Source of the DNA: Aulosira sp. ZfuVER01
GTDB lineage: Bacteria > Cyanobacteriota > Cyanobacteriia > Cyanobacteriales > Nostocaceae
Assembly: GCA_034530615.2 (NCBI GenBank)
Contig: JAVRCV020000073.1
Location: 191,027 to 255,026, forward strand
DNA: 64,000 nucleotides
Reading direction: 5' to 3'
The position numbers and the translations under genes were made by a program. The notes under the pieces are model-generated. The model saw nothing but the letters and a program-made list of their open reading frames with translations, did no database searches and had not been told where the DNA came from. Shown here piece after piece: positions 40,752 through 51,316 of the stretch (its first letter is position 1; every line of letters starts with the position of its first letter).

Positions 40752-40796
40752 GAGCCACTCAGTTGCGGGGGTTCCCCCCGTTGTAGGAAGTGGCGT
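40752..40796 (+). repeat. 45-nt small dispersed hairpin repeat inside a heptamer tract
   Basis: GAGCCAC...GTGGCGT, same family as the mobA insertion. Confidence 0.8.
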
Positions 40797-40849
40797 TCAA
40801 GGGTCAAGGTTCATTACTTCCCTGTCCCCCTTGTCCCCCTTGTCCTCAT

Positions 40850-41743
40850 TTAAGGCCTAAACTGGGAACTGAGAATCATTGTCCCAATACCAACATCGGT
40901 AAAGATTTCTAGTAATAAAGCGTGGGGAATGCGACCATCAATAATATGTGCGGCTTTGACTCCTTGAGCAAGCGATCGCACACAACAATTTACTTTCGGA
41001 ATCATCCCACCACTCACTACACCGGAGTTGATCAACTCGCGAGCTTCGGGAATATCTACTTTCGGAATCAAAGTTGACGGATCTTTGTAATCTTTTAAAA
41101 TTCCTCTGGTGTCAGTCAGTAAAATTAACTTTTCAGCTCCTAATGCTGCTGCTATTTCCCCAGCTACAGTATCGGCGTTAATGTTGTAGGCTTGTCCTGT
41201 CTCGTCTGCGGCGACACTTGATACAACGGGAATATAGCCATTGCTAGCTAAGGTGTTCAAAATTTTGATATTCACATTGCTGACTTCCCCAACAAAGCCG
41301 ATACCTTCTTGGCCTTGGGGACGGGCTGTAATTAAGTTACCATCTTTACCACAGAGTCCGACTGCCAAGCCGCCAGCTTGGTTAATCAGTTCGACAATTT
41401 CTTTATTAACGCGCCCTACCAATACCATTTCCACAACATCCATTGTGGGGGCATCTGTGACTCGCAGGCCATTCTTGAATTGTGCTTCAATTCCCAGTTT
41501 ATCTAGCCAACTGTTAATTTCTGGCCCGCCACCGTGGACGAGAATTGGTCGCAAGCCGACGCAAGATAAGAAAACAATATCCCGGATAACTTTATCTTTA
41601 AGGGTGCTATCTTTCATGGCCGCGCCACCATATTTCACAACAACAGTGCGACCGGCGAATTGTTGAATATAAGGTAGCGCTTCACTTAGCACTTGTACAC
41701 GAGTGGCTTCGGCTTGCCTAATGTACTCAGTATCGTTGACCAT
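40850..41743 (-). CDS. argB: Acetylglutamate kinase
   Basis: Motifs [33 protein letters not shown]. Confidence 0.97.
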   Translation of the reverse strand: MVNDTEYIRQAEATRVQVLSEALPYIQQFAGRTVVVKYGGAAMKDSTLKDKVIRDIVFLSCVGLRPILVHGGGPEINSWLDKLGIEAQFKNGLRVTDAPTMDVVEMVLVGRVNKEIVELINQAGGLAVGLCGKDGNLITARPQGQEGIGFVGEVSNVNIKILNTLASNGYIPVVSSVAADETGQAYNINADTVAGEIAAALGAEKLILLTDTRGILKDYKDPSTLIPKVDIPEARELINSGVVSGGMIPKVNCCVRSLAQGVKAAHIIDGRIPHALLLEIFTDVGIGTMILSSQFRP

Positions 41744-41987
41744 TATGAGGAGCTTTTAAGAATTAACACCTATCCAGTCAGTGTAGAAGACTTTGGAACT
41801 GGTAACAATCTCTTACGCAAAATTCAAGTATTACATTTGTTATTAGTATATTTCTCTACCAAGTAGTGAAGCGATAAATCTGCATAATTTTTTTATGCTT
41901 ATTGTGTTGCAATCCAGATATTAGTAAAAGAACGGCCTTTTTTGTACTGTCAATTTTCATCTTCGTATATTAAGTATTAATTCATCG

Positions 41988-43388
41988 ATGAACTCTCAAA
42001 AAGAAACCAAACTACTGATTTTATCGCTGCTGTTTACTACTGCTGTACTAGGTTTAGGCTTTTGGTTGTGGAATAAATTTTCAGGAAAAAATTTAAATTC
42101 CTTACTATCGGGTAACAATACGCAACCAACTTCAAGTTCTACATCAGCAAGAATTAGTACAGGTGAGAAAATCTTAGTGACTGCTGACACTACTCCTGAT
42201 AAAGAAGCAGGAGTACAAGCTTTTGCTAAGGGTGATTTTGTCACAGCTACTGCTAAGTTAAAGGCATCCCTGCTCAAAAATCGCAACGATCCAGAAACCT
42301 TAATTTATTTAAATAATTCCCAAGCCAAAAATAACAAATCTCTGAAAATCGCTGTTAGTGTTCCTATTGGTGGGAATCTAGATGTCGCCAAAGAAATTCT
42401 GCGAGGTGTCGCTCAAGCTCAAGATGAAGTGAATCGCAGTGGTGGTATCAATGGTAATCTGTTGCAAGTGGCGATCGCTAATGATGATAATCAGCCAAGT
42501 CAATCTCAACAAATTGCTACCGAATTTGTTAAAGACACTAGTATTTTAGCTGTAGTCGGACACAATTCTAGTAACGCTTCCATTGCTGCTGCGCCAATTT
42601 ATCAGCAGGGAGATTTAGTCATGATCTCTCCTAGCAGCACTGCGCAAAATCTTTCTGGTATTGGTAGCTATATATTTCGTACTGTTCCCAGTAACGGCTC
42701 GTTTGCTGAACGCCTCGCTAACTATACGATTAAAACGGCGCGTAAAACTAATATTGCGATTTGCGCTGACTCTAAATCGATTGATACTCAATCTTTCAAG
42801 GATGAGTTTATCAAAGGGATAGTGGCGGGTGGTGGTAAAGTTAATTCCACAAATTGCGATATTGCTAGTGCTAATTTTGATTCCAGTACATTGATTTCGC
42901 AATTTATCAGCAGTGGCGCGGATGGCTTAGTGTTAGCTCCCAATGTGGATAGAATTAACAAAGCGTTAGAACTAGCCGCCGCAAATAACGGGAAATTAAC
43001 ACTGTTTGCTAGTCATACACTTTACACCTTTCAAACTTTGCAGGTAGGAAAAGCTGATGTTAATGGCTTAGTGTTACCTGTAATTTGGCATCCTCAGGCA
43101 ATTCCCGGCAATCCTTTTCCACAAAATGCGGTGAAACTTTGGGGTGGCAATGTTAATTGGCGCACAGCAACAGCTTATGATGCGACTATGGCGATCGCTA
43201 AAGGTCTAAAACAAGGTAGTACCCGTAATGACTTGCAAAAGGTGCTGCATAGTTCTGGCTTTTCTGTTAATGGTGCTACAGGTAAAATTCAATTTCTACC
43301 ATCAGGCGATCGCAGTGGTGCAGCTATATTAGTGAAGGTACAACCTAGTAGTAAATCTGCTACTGGTTATGACTTTGTGCCATTGTAG
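41988..43388 (+). CDS. Membrane-anchored LivK-like (type 1 periplasmic) ligand-binding protein
   Basis: N-terminal TM; RGVAQAQDEVN..GGING, AVVGHNSS, YIFRTVP, TAYDA, GATGKIQF. Confidence 0.85.
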   Translation: MNSQKETKLLILSLLFTTAVLGLGFWLWNKFSGKNLNSLLSGNNTQPTSSSTSARISTGEKILVTADTTPDKEAGVQAFAKGDFVTATAKLKASLLKNRNDPETLIYLNNSQAKNNKSLKIAVSVPIGGNLDVAKEILRGVAQAQDEVNRSGGINGNLLQVAIANDDNQPSQSQQIATEFVKDTSILAVVGHNSSNASIAAAPIYQQGDLVMISPSSTAQNLSGIGSYIFRTVPSNGSFAERLANYTIKTARKTNIAICADSKSIDTQSFKDEFIKGIVAGGGKVNSTNCDIASANFDSSTLISQFISSGADGLVLAPNVDRINKALELAAANNGKLTLFASHTLYTFQTLQVGKADVNGLVLPVIWHPQAIPGNPFPQNAVKLWGGNVNWRTATAYDATMAIAKGLKQGSTRNDLQKVLHSSGFSVNGATGKIQFLPSGDRSGAAILVKVQPSSKSATGYDFVPL

Positions 43389-43395
43389 TCACTAC

Positions 43396-43947
43396 TCAAT
43401 TTTGATGAGCAATAGGCTTTTTCAAAACGCTAGGTATAGCTTCAATCACTCTCGTCGCAATTTCTTCTGGTGTTTCGCCTGCGCTGATGGTGATTTGCAA
43501 ATCTGCTTGGGAATAAAGTGGTCGTCGTTGTTCGAGAAGCGATCGCAATTTACCTTGAGGATCGACATCGTGCAATAATGGTCTTGTGGTATCCTCTTGC
43601 AAGCGGCTATAGAGTAGCTCCACGGGCGCATCTAGCCAAACAATCAAACCGTGGTGTAAGTAACTCCAGTTTTTTTGCTGCAAAACTATGCCTCCACCAG
43701 TCGCTATAGTTAACTTGGTAAAAGCACAAACTTGTGCTAGCACATCACTTTCCAACTGACGAAACGCCGCTTCACCTGACTCAGCAAACAGCTGATTGAT
43801 AGATTTTCCTGCTGCTTGGACAATGACATCATCAGTATCGACAAATCCATAACCTAGATGCTTGGCCAGTAAGCGTCCTACTGTTGTCTTACCGCTACCC
43901 ATCATCCCAATTAAGTACAGGTTCACCCCTTGCAGTAAGCTATTCAC
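43396..43947 (-). CDS. aroK: Shikimate kinase
   Basis: Motifs GMMGSGKTT, GEAAFRQLE, ATGGG, RPLL. Confidence 0.96.
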   Translation of the reverse strand: MNSLLQGVNLYLIGMMGSGKTTVGRLLAKHLGYGFVDTDDVIVQAAGKSINQLFAESGEAAFRQLESDVLAQVCAFTKLTIATGGGIVLQQKNWSYLHHGLIVWLDAPVELLYSRLQEDTTRPLLHDVDPQGKLRSLLEQRRPLYSQADLQITISAGETPEEIATRVIEAIPSVLKKPIAHQN

Positions 43948-44052
43948 CGATTGCTGCGCTCCAGTTATGAATTATCTTTCCTCAGTTATTATTAGACCAC
44001 AATCTTGTCTTCTTCTTTGCACATTTGCGTGACACAAAAAATAGCTGTAATC

Positions 44053-45684
44053 TTAAATCTCCGCGTTCAGACCATTATCTCTAATATAATTTTTCAGGTG
44101 TTCTGCAAAAATTGTATGGCTCATAAATGAGTAGCCATCTTTATCTTTACTTAATTGAAAGTTTTCTTCAATTAATCGTTCAACTATGTATTCAATCAGC
44201 ACTGGATTCAGCGAAAAGCGGGATGTTTGTCTTTCAATTAGAGAGCGTCTTTGTAAGAATTCCATAGCCTCTAATATTAATCTTTGCGACATTTGCGGCG
44301 ATAATCTTGGCAGTATTATATTTCTTTGTAAATCTCTGACAGAAATAAGATCTGGATGCAGTGACAACCAGTATAATAGATGTTTTTCTAACGACGACAA
44401 ACGATTGAACTGCCGATCGAAAATGTCTCGGATGTCTCCAAAAACTATCGTTCCTTGTTCTATAAACTCAGCTATATTGCCACCAAATAATTCTTGAATT
44501 GTCGTCGTTACCAATTTAAGAAATAGAGGGTTGCCTGCATATCGCTCAATTAATACTTTGCATTCTTCTTTTGAGGATTTATTGGTTAAACCTTTAGCTT
44601 TAAGAATTAAGATACTTTCTTCTAGATTTAAACCACTTAATTTTACAGAACGAACAGGTAATTCTTCTCCTTCCAAAGCAGCAATTTCCTGAGGTTTTTC
44701 TCGACTGGTAAATATTATGCAGCTTTGATGCGCTAAATCACCTAATCTTCTAATTAACTCGCCGTAACCCTCATATCCTTGACGATACCGGATTGGGGTA
44801 ATCAGCTGTGCAGCCAAATTTTGTATACCCGTGCTGTCAGTTGACACTGTAGGATTTTCTTGTAGCTCATCACTATCACTACAGCCTAAAATCGAGTCAA
44901 CTTGATCTAATACAATCAAACACCGATGAGAGCGCAAACAATCAATCAGTTGTGAAATTTTACTTTCTAGTGTTTCTACAATATTTGTATTAGATGCTGG
45001 AGATACAAGTTGAATCAGCTGATCTAAGAGTACCTCTAAAGGTGGCGCAAATCGTAGCGATCGCCAAATCACATATTCAAACTGATCTTGAATCTCTTCT
45101 AAGAGCTTCACTGAAAAGGCGGTTTTACCAATTCCACCCATACCCAAGATTACCACTACCCGACAGCGCTCTTGCAAAATCCATGCTTGAACTTGAGTAA
45201 GTTCTTGCCGCCGCCCGTGGAATACACTGGTATTAATCGATTCAGTGTTAGTTTGAATCGGGGTTGATTGATGAGCTAATAAATCCAACTCCATGTCTTT
45301 GTTGACTTTAATTGGACTAATTCCTGATTGTAAGTGAAACCAACCTTTTTTATAACCTGCCTTTTCTAGCAACTGAGTCACTCGACTCCAAGTTTTAACT
45401 TTTACTGAGTCTCCCACCTGATTACTCAGCATTTCTTCTATATATTTATATAGTCCGTTAGATAGATACACTCTTACAGTACTGCTACTGCCACTTTGAT
45501 ATACCACCTTGGCAATTTCCGCAGGGCTACAACCACAAAGTAAACCTCTGAGGAATTTTTTTTCTACAGGTGTCAAAGCTTTTCCTTTGGCTGACGCCAA
45601 ATCTACGTATAATTTCTCTAACTCCCAATTATTTTTAGCTTCGATAAAGTCTTCTTCTAGGCGATGAGAATCCTCGGCTGCCAT
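44053..45684 (-). CDS. N-terminal HTH + NB-ARC (STAND) ATPase lacking C-terminal repeats
   Basis: SPAEIAKVVYQSGSSSTVRVYLS (HTH), FHGRRQEL, GMGGIGKT, LIVLD, TSRE, GNPL. Confidence 0.85.
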   Translation of the reverse strand: MAAEDSHRLEEDFIEAKNNWELEKLYVDLASAKGKALTPVEKKFLRGLLCGCSPAEIAKVVYQSGSSSTVRVYLSNGLYKYIEEMLSNQVGDSVKVKTWSRVTQLLEKAGYKKGWFHLQSGISPIKVNKDMELDLLAHQSTPIQTNTESINTSVFHGRRQELTQVQAWILQERCRVVVILGMGGIGKTAFSVKLLEEIQDQFEYVIWRSLRFAPPLEVLLDQLIQLVSPASNTNIVETLESKISQLIDCLRSHRCLIVLDQVDSILGCSDSDELQENPTVSTDSTGIQNLAAQLITPIRYRQGYEGYGELIRRLGDLAHQSCIIFTSREKPQEIAALEGEELPVRSVKLSGLNLEESILILKAKGLTNKSSKEECKVLIERYAGNPLFLKLVTTTIQELFGGNIAEFIEQGTIVFGDIRDIFDRQFNRLSSLEKHLLYWLSLHPDLISVRDLQRNIILPRLSPQMSQRLILEAMEFLQRRSLIERQTSRFSLNPVLIEYIVERLIEENFQLSKDKDGYSFMSHTIFAEHLKNYIRDNGLNAEI

Positions 45685-46133
45685 TAGCGTTTTTTATGTA
45701 ATTAATGTAACTCAGGCAATATATTAACGATTCTTTTATAAAATCAGAATAAATTAACGATGAATTTCTAACGAATTTAATAACTTTCGTTAGGTGACTT
45801 GGCAGTTGTCACTTAGTTATCTTGGGCTTAACTGAAATTTAATAAAGATTGTTTGAAACTTTAAGTGAACAAATTCGGTCAATCCCAATAGCTAATACTC
45901 TCTTTGCTAGAAAGATTTTAGTTTTACTAAATACTGTGTTTCTACTAACACAATACCAGCGTTCTAAGATTGACTTCTAGCAAGCTTTCATCCCTAAATC
46001 TGGCAGACCAAGGTGTAAATGATGACTAACTTTCTAACTAAATATTGTACAAAAAAGTTTTGCTAATTTGACGGTTTAGTCACAAAAAATACTGTAAATC
46101 TCACCTGAGTCAGTCCAGATCAATCAATGTGGT

Positions 46134-46349
46134 ATGTATGAGGTGCCGACCATGACTAGAATTCGTGACGTTGTGCAAAAAGCTTTAGCAAGTGGCTATT
46201 TAACTGTAGAGGCAGAAAATCAATTACGGCGTCTGTTAACCACTAGGTATGATTTGGAAGATTTAAATGCTTTCATGACTTTGCAAGAAGCTGCTATGAA
46301 TGGTAACGTCAGGCAGGAATCCCGCGAGCGTTGCGGATTAAGTACTTAA
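46134..46349 (+). CDS. Small conserved cyanobacterial hypothetical protein
   Basis: IRDVVQKALASGYLTVEAENQLRRLL...KQESR-type tail; start may be the ATG at 46152 (GAGG upstream). Confidence 0.7.
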   Translation: MYEVPTMTRIRDVVQKALASGYLTVEAENQLRRLLTTRYDLEDLNAFMTLQEAAMNGNVRQESRERCGLST

Positions 46350-46449
46350 GTATTAACTATATAGACCAAGGTCATGTGTCATTGGTCATTAGTTATTTTT
46401 GCTTTGTCTCCTTTATCTCCCCAGTCCCTCATTTCAGGCTAGGTATGTC

Positions 46450-47148
46450 TTACCGACGGGGTCGCTTATCATCATCTGCAGAATCTTCGTCATCAAAAAA
46501 GCTCCAATCATCATCATCATCAGCTTGATTGGTAGTTGGGGGTTGATAAGGGGGTATGATTACTCGGTAATCAGCATCGTAAATTGATTCAGTTTTGCCA
46601 ACTGCTGTATTTTTTGGCTCGCGGTAGTTGTAAGAGTAAACAGAACCAGATTGAGAAGAACTTTTAGGTTCTTGTTGACGCTCGTAAGTTTGGGAATCGG
46701 AAAAATCTTGCGTTTGCTGTCTGGGCTTAGATGCTTCCCTTGGCTTTTCATCAAAGTTCCAGTCATCATCTCGATCGTTTGTATTCCAATCATCAAAATC
46801 ATCACTGGAAGTATTTTCTGTTTTACTAGCGGTTGGTTGCGGACTAGCAGGGGGAGGAGTCGGTTGTGGGCGATAGCTTGTTTTGGTACGCGGTGGGGCT
46901 GCTGATTTAACGCGACTTTGTTGGCGCTGTTGGCCACCAAAATAAGTTGAGACTTTAAATAAACTTGTAATAAATAAAGATGTTAAAGCACCTGCGGTAG
47001 TAGCAAGTAACATCCACATAGCTAGTGGTAATGGTTGAGTCCGCATACCTAAAAATACTAACGATATGACAGGCGACCAATTTTGGGTTAACAACAGCGT
47101 TAGTGACCCCAATATAGCTACCAACAGAATTAAGCGAAATACAGTCAT
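46450..47148 (-). CDS. LapA-like membrane protein with a disordered acidic tail
   Basis: TM-QNWSPVISLVFLG-TM, then a low-complexity region and IYDADYRVIIPP. Confidence 0.7.
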   Translation of the reverse strand: MTVFRLILLVAILGSLTLLLTQNWSPVISLVFLGMRTQPLPLAMWMLLATTAGALTSLFITSLFKVSTYFGGQQRQQSRVKSAAPPRTKTSYRPQPTPPPASPQPTASKTENTSSDDFDDWNTNDRDDDWNFDEKPREASKPRQQTQDFSDSQTYERQQEPKSSSQSGSVYSYNYREPKNTAVGKTESIYDADYRVIIPPYQPPTTNQADDDDDWSFFDDEDSADDDKRPRR

Positions 47149-47242
47149 AGAAATTAGTAAAGGATAAAGGATAAAGAATGAAGGATAAAGAATGAAGAAT
47201 AAACAATTTTTACTTCATGCTTCATACTTCATACTTCATACT

Positions 47243-47863
47243 TTAACGACGACCTTGCCATCGCTGAATGGGAATACAGTCAATATCCAGTTGATCTAAA
47301 ACACGAGCAACTACAAAATCAACTAAATCCTCAATTGTTTGGGGTTGATGATACCAAGCGGGAATTGCCGGAACGACTCTAACGCCTGCTTCTGCTAACG
47401 CGGTTAAGTTACGTAGGTGAATTAGGCTAAAAGGAGTTTCACGGGGAACAATCACTAACTTTCGACCTTCTTTGATCTGCACATCCGCTGCTCGTTCTAG
47501 TAAGTCAGAACTCAAGCCAACTGCTAGTTTAGCAACCGTACTCATGCTACATGGCATGACAATCATGCCTAAGGTACGAAAGGAGCCGCTAGCAATTCCA
47601 GCGCCAACATCACTCCAAGAATGGCAGCGTAGTTTACCAGAGACACTTACTCCAGCTTGCTCGCGCCAAAATTGCTCTTGAGCGGGGGGTTCTGCTGGCA
47701 TCCTGATATCCTGCTCTGCTTGCCAAACCATGTAGGTCGATCTGGAGGCAACTAGTTCAATCTGATAATCTGCTTCTAAGAGAAATTTGAGGGCACGAAC
47801 GGCGTAAATCAGACCGGATGCACCTGATACGCCGAGAATTAAAGGATGGGTACTATTTGACAC
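47243..47863 (-). CDS. ubiX: Flavin prenyltransferase
   Basis: Motifs GVSGASG, IASGSF, PCSMST, RAADVQIKEGRKLVIVPRETP. Confidence 0.95.
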   Translation of the reverse strand: MSNSTHPLILGVSGASGLIYAVRALKFLLEADYQIELVASRSTYMVWQAEQDIRMPAEPPAQEQFWREQAGVSVSGKLRCHSWSDVGAGIASGSFRTLGMIVMPCSMSTVAKLAVGLSSDLLERAADVQIKEGRKLVIVPRETPFSLIHLRNLTALAEAGVRVVPAIPAWYHQPQTIEDLVDFVVARVLDQLDIDCIPIQRWQGRR

Positions 47864-47879
47864 TTTACGTACAGTTTAT

Positions 47880-50234
47880 TTACTCATCCTCACCATAAGG
47901 TTCTAAGTCAGCAGGATCGAGATGGGATGCTAAGTAAATGTCTGATAAATCATCACTTGGGCTGCTGATATCCAAACCTTTAGCTACGCCATCGCTACCC
48001 ACGGTTACTAAATCGATTTGCTGACGGTAGTAATCAACACTCTTGACTTGTACAGAAACGCGATCGCCTAGTCTGTAAGAAGCGCGATTTTTCCGCCCAA
48101 ACAAAGCTTGTTGTCTAGCGCGATATTCATACCAATCATCTTTGAGGGAACTGACGTGTACTAATCCTTCGACTCGCAGTGGTACGCCCAGATGACCGCT
48201 AGCTGCAACTTCGGCGGCGGGAACTTCAATTTCGACAAAGAAACCGTAGGATTGCACGCCAGTAATTACTCCCTGAAAAACTTGACCGATGCGCTGTTTC
48301 ATCAGTTGCGCTTTTTGCAGTCCGGCTAAATCGGCTTCGGCTTCTTGAACTTCTTTTTCTCGGTCGTTAATTTGGATAATTACCCGCGTCAAATCGCTTT
48401 GCAGTTCTTGTTGCAATTCTGGGGGTAAAACGTTCCAGTTAATTTCCAAGTGGGAAGAGGAGTGGCGCAGGTTAACACGTTCTCTGACACGAGTGTTACG
48501 GCGATCGCGTCCGTGTTCGAGTAACGTATAATACACTCTCTGCAATAGCAAATCTGGATACCGCCGCAAGGGGGCAGTAAAGTGGAGATATTGCGGTAGC
48601 GCTAGTCCAAAGTGGGAGCCTTTGGTGGTGCTGTAACTCGATGGCTTGAGGGTATCCTGCAATAAGTAGGTGAGTACTTGCTCGGATGCAGATTCCACAA
48701 AAGCTCTAGTTAAGTGTTGATAATCTAAAGGTTGGATATCTACTTCTGGTTCTAGCACCAGTTCCACACCTAAATTAATCGCCAATTTCAGCATTTCTTG
48801 CACATCTTCGGCGTCGGGTGTACCTTGGACTCGCCAGATGGCAGGGACTCCCAAAGCGCTGAAATGGCTGGCTATCAATTGATTTACTAACAGTACTAAT
48901 TCTGTTAATAGCGAATGTACTGGTAAATCATTCACTACCACAGCCCCTAAAATCCCCTCATCGTAGTAGGGATTTTGACTAGGTGGCAAATTTAACTGCA
49001 AGCTACCACGAGCCAAACGCACCTGTTTCACAGCTTTCCGTAATCCTTCCAGGTCTTGCAATGTCTGGACAACCTGTTCAGATTGCTTGTGAGATTCACC
49101 ATTGAGAATTGCTTGGGCTTGTTGTTTTGTCAGGGCGGTATCGACGTTAATGACGCTGGGTTGAAGTTCCCATTCTTCTATCTCTCCGGTTTTGGGGTCG
49201 ATGGTAATTAAAAATGAGAGAGTCAAGCGATCGCTACCGACTACTAAAGAACAGCGATCGGCTACTGTATCGGGTAACATTGGCAGTACTAATTCGCCCA
49301 GATACACTGACCTACCACGTTTTAGTGCTTCGCGATCGAGGGCTTCGTCTGGTTGGATAAAGTGAGAAACATCGGTGATATGGAATCCCAAACGCCAAAA
49401 GCCGTTAGCAGTTTTTTCCAAACTCAAGGCATTTTCTACCACTTTCGGATCGCCATTGACTCCGGCGATGGTGAAAGTAAACAAACTGCGTAAATCCAGG
49501 CGATTTTTCAGGTCTGCTTTCAGTAGTCTTTTTGGCAACTTAGTAGCTGCTTCCAGAATTCCCTCAGGGAAATTACGGGCTAAATCGTGCTTACAAGTGA
49601 CCAAATCTATATCAGCAGCAGCTTCGGCGTCGCTACCGAGGATTTGTACCACTCGACCCAGTGGGGGATATTGTGCTAGGGGATAACGTAGCACTTCTAC
49701 ATGGGCCAGGTGATCTAGCGCCTCATCTAGTTTCATGCCATTTGTTTGCAGTTTGAGTTCAAACAGCAGGCGATCGTCTAGAGGAACCGCACGAAAGCCG
49801 CTTTCTACTTGCTTAATCCGGGCCAGTAAGGTGTGATTAGAGCGTTCGAGAATCAGCTTCACTTCGCCTTCGGGAGAACGGCGACGACTACCTTCTTTGA
49901 GAACTCTCACTAAAACGCGATCACCATTCCAAGCATTACTCAGATGGCTTTCACGAATGTAAATATCCTCAGCTCCTTCTACATCTTGAATTGCAAAGCA
50001 AAAGCCCTTACTAGAACAACGGAGTTTTGCTTCGATCAAGCCTTCTTCTGCAACCCGGCGATATTTGCCGCGTTCTTTGACTAAAATCCCGATTTTCTCT
50101 AATATTTCTAGAGCAATGTGAAGTTTTTGTAAACTGATTTCATCCTCGCAACCAAGTTTCTTTTCCAAAACTTTACGAGCTACCAATTTATCATCGGTGA
50201 AATTGGCAAGGAGTGTAGCGATTGAAAATTCCAT
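47880..50234 (-). CDS. zam: RNase II/R family protein (Zam-type) with a degenerate catalytic motif
   Basis: CSD (KGFCF), RNB (HFGLA, HFTAPLRRYPDL) and S1 (EGLVHVSSL) domains. Confidence 0.8.
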   Translation of the reverse strand: MEFSIATLLANFTDDKLVARKVLEKKLGCEDEISLQKLHIALEILEKIGILVKERGKYRRVAEEGLIEAKLRCSSKGFCFAIQDVEGAEDIYIRESHLSNAWNGDRVLVRVLKEGSRRRSPEGEVKLILERSNHTLLARIKQVESGFRAVPLDDRLLFELKLQTNGMKLDEALDHLAHVEVLRYPLAQYPPLGRVVQILGSDAEAAADIDLVTCKHDLARNFPEGILEAATKLPKRLLKADLKNRLDLRSLFTFTIAGVNGDPKVVENALSLEKTANGFWRLGFHITDVSHFIQPDEALDREALKRGRSVYLGELVLPMLPDTVADRCSLVVGSDRLTLSFLITIDPKTGEIEEWELQPSVINVDTALTKQQAQAILNGESHKQSEQVVQTLQDLEGLRKAVKQVRLARGSLQLNLPPSQNPYYDEGILGAVVVNDLPVHSLLTELVLLVNQLIASHFSALGVPAIWRVQGTPDAEDVQEMLKLAINLGVELVLEPEVDIQPLDYQHLTRAFVESASEQVLTYLLQDTLKPSSYSTTKGSHFGLALPQYLHFTAPLRRYPDLLLQRVYYTLLEHGRDRRNTRVRERVNLRHSSSHLEINWNVLPPELQQELQSDLTRVIIQINDREKEVQEAEADLAGLQKAQLMKQRIGQVFQGVITGVQSYGFFVEIEVPAAEVAASGHLGVPLRVEGLVHVSSLKDDWYEYRARQQALFGRKNRASYRLGDRVSVQVKSVDYYRQQIDLVTVGSDGVAKGLDISSPSDDLSDIYLASHLDPADLEPYGEDE

Positions 50235-51074
50235 GCAGTGAACCGACCTTTGGTCAAAACATCATTTTTCTTTTAATCTGGTTGTTTCCTGTATACCCTT
50301 ACGGACTACAGACACTAGCTAGAAACTAAATACCCGCAAGCAGGGATTCTGAAGTTCCAAGGGGAAGGAAGCCGACCCACTTTGCGAAAATTCGCAGAAG
50401 TGTCTACAAACTTCTCACTGCACAACAATCTCAGAGTTCGTCTGCATTTAAGTTCCTTTATCCAGTCCAACTGACAAAGCACGCCTGATAAAATTTTGCC
50501 CCACTAGGTAATTAAGCGACCGATTTTTGAGAGGCTTGGTTGGTAGAACTATCCATGCTACCCAAAAATGTTATACAGGGGAACAGGTGTTAAATTGTCT
50601 AGACTCAAGGTACTTTTACAGCATTAGACTCTGATTTTTAACTAGGAGAAACCGCCGATAAACCTAACTTTCCCATATGTAGAATCGGTAACAATTAGGT
50701 AAGCAGCTTAAGGAGCAGTGAGGGCAAACCTTATCTTCATTATTGTAGATTTAGAGCGCACTTCCAGAAAATACTTCTGCATATCGAATTGGGTAATTAG
50801 TATAGCATTGAAGGCGATCCTACTCAGATTTAGCCCTCAGTAGCCAAAAATGTTCTCGCAAAAGCGCTACTGCTACAATCGGGACACAGGAGTGAGGAGC
50901 GAACGTTACTTTGATTCATCAGCGCATGGCAAAGTAGACGATCTCTAGCCAAAGTGTTAACTCAAGTTAAGCTTCTTGAGAAATTTAGGCTGGAGAGAAG
51001 ATCAAATCCTAGTGCGTCACGCTAGAAATCAACATATCATCTGAAAAAGTCTCAAGAGCTACACAATACAATTC

Positions 51075-51255
51075 TTTTGACTTTTGAACGCCAGTTGCTA
51101 CCCTACCCTGCGGGAACCCTCTTCGAGGGAACGGGAACGCTTTCAGCGAACAAGTCGGCAAAGCCGACGACAGTTGCTACAACGGAGGGAAACTCCGCAA
51201 CGCACTGTCTCCCCAACGCACTGGCTCCTTTTGACTTACTCGGCAGCGGTACTAG
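51075..51255 (-). mobile_element. Composite/nested small dispersed repeat
   Basis: Shares a 31-nt end with the 26290 element; contains nested copies of the 45-nt hairpin family. Confidence 0.75.
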
Positions 51256-51316
51256 CTTGTATACATAGGTAGTATCAACCCCCTTATTCAACAGACTTAA
51301 AATTGGTGGCAGTATT

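Noticed and set aside
41802..41816. NtcA box upstream of argB
   Set aside because: The spacing is GTA-N9-TAC, not N8.
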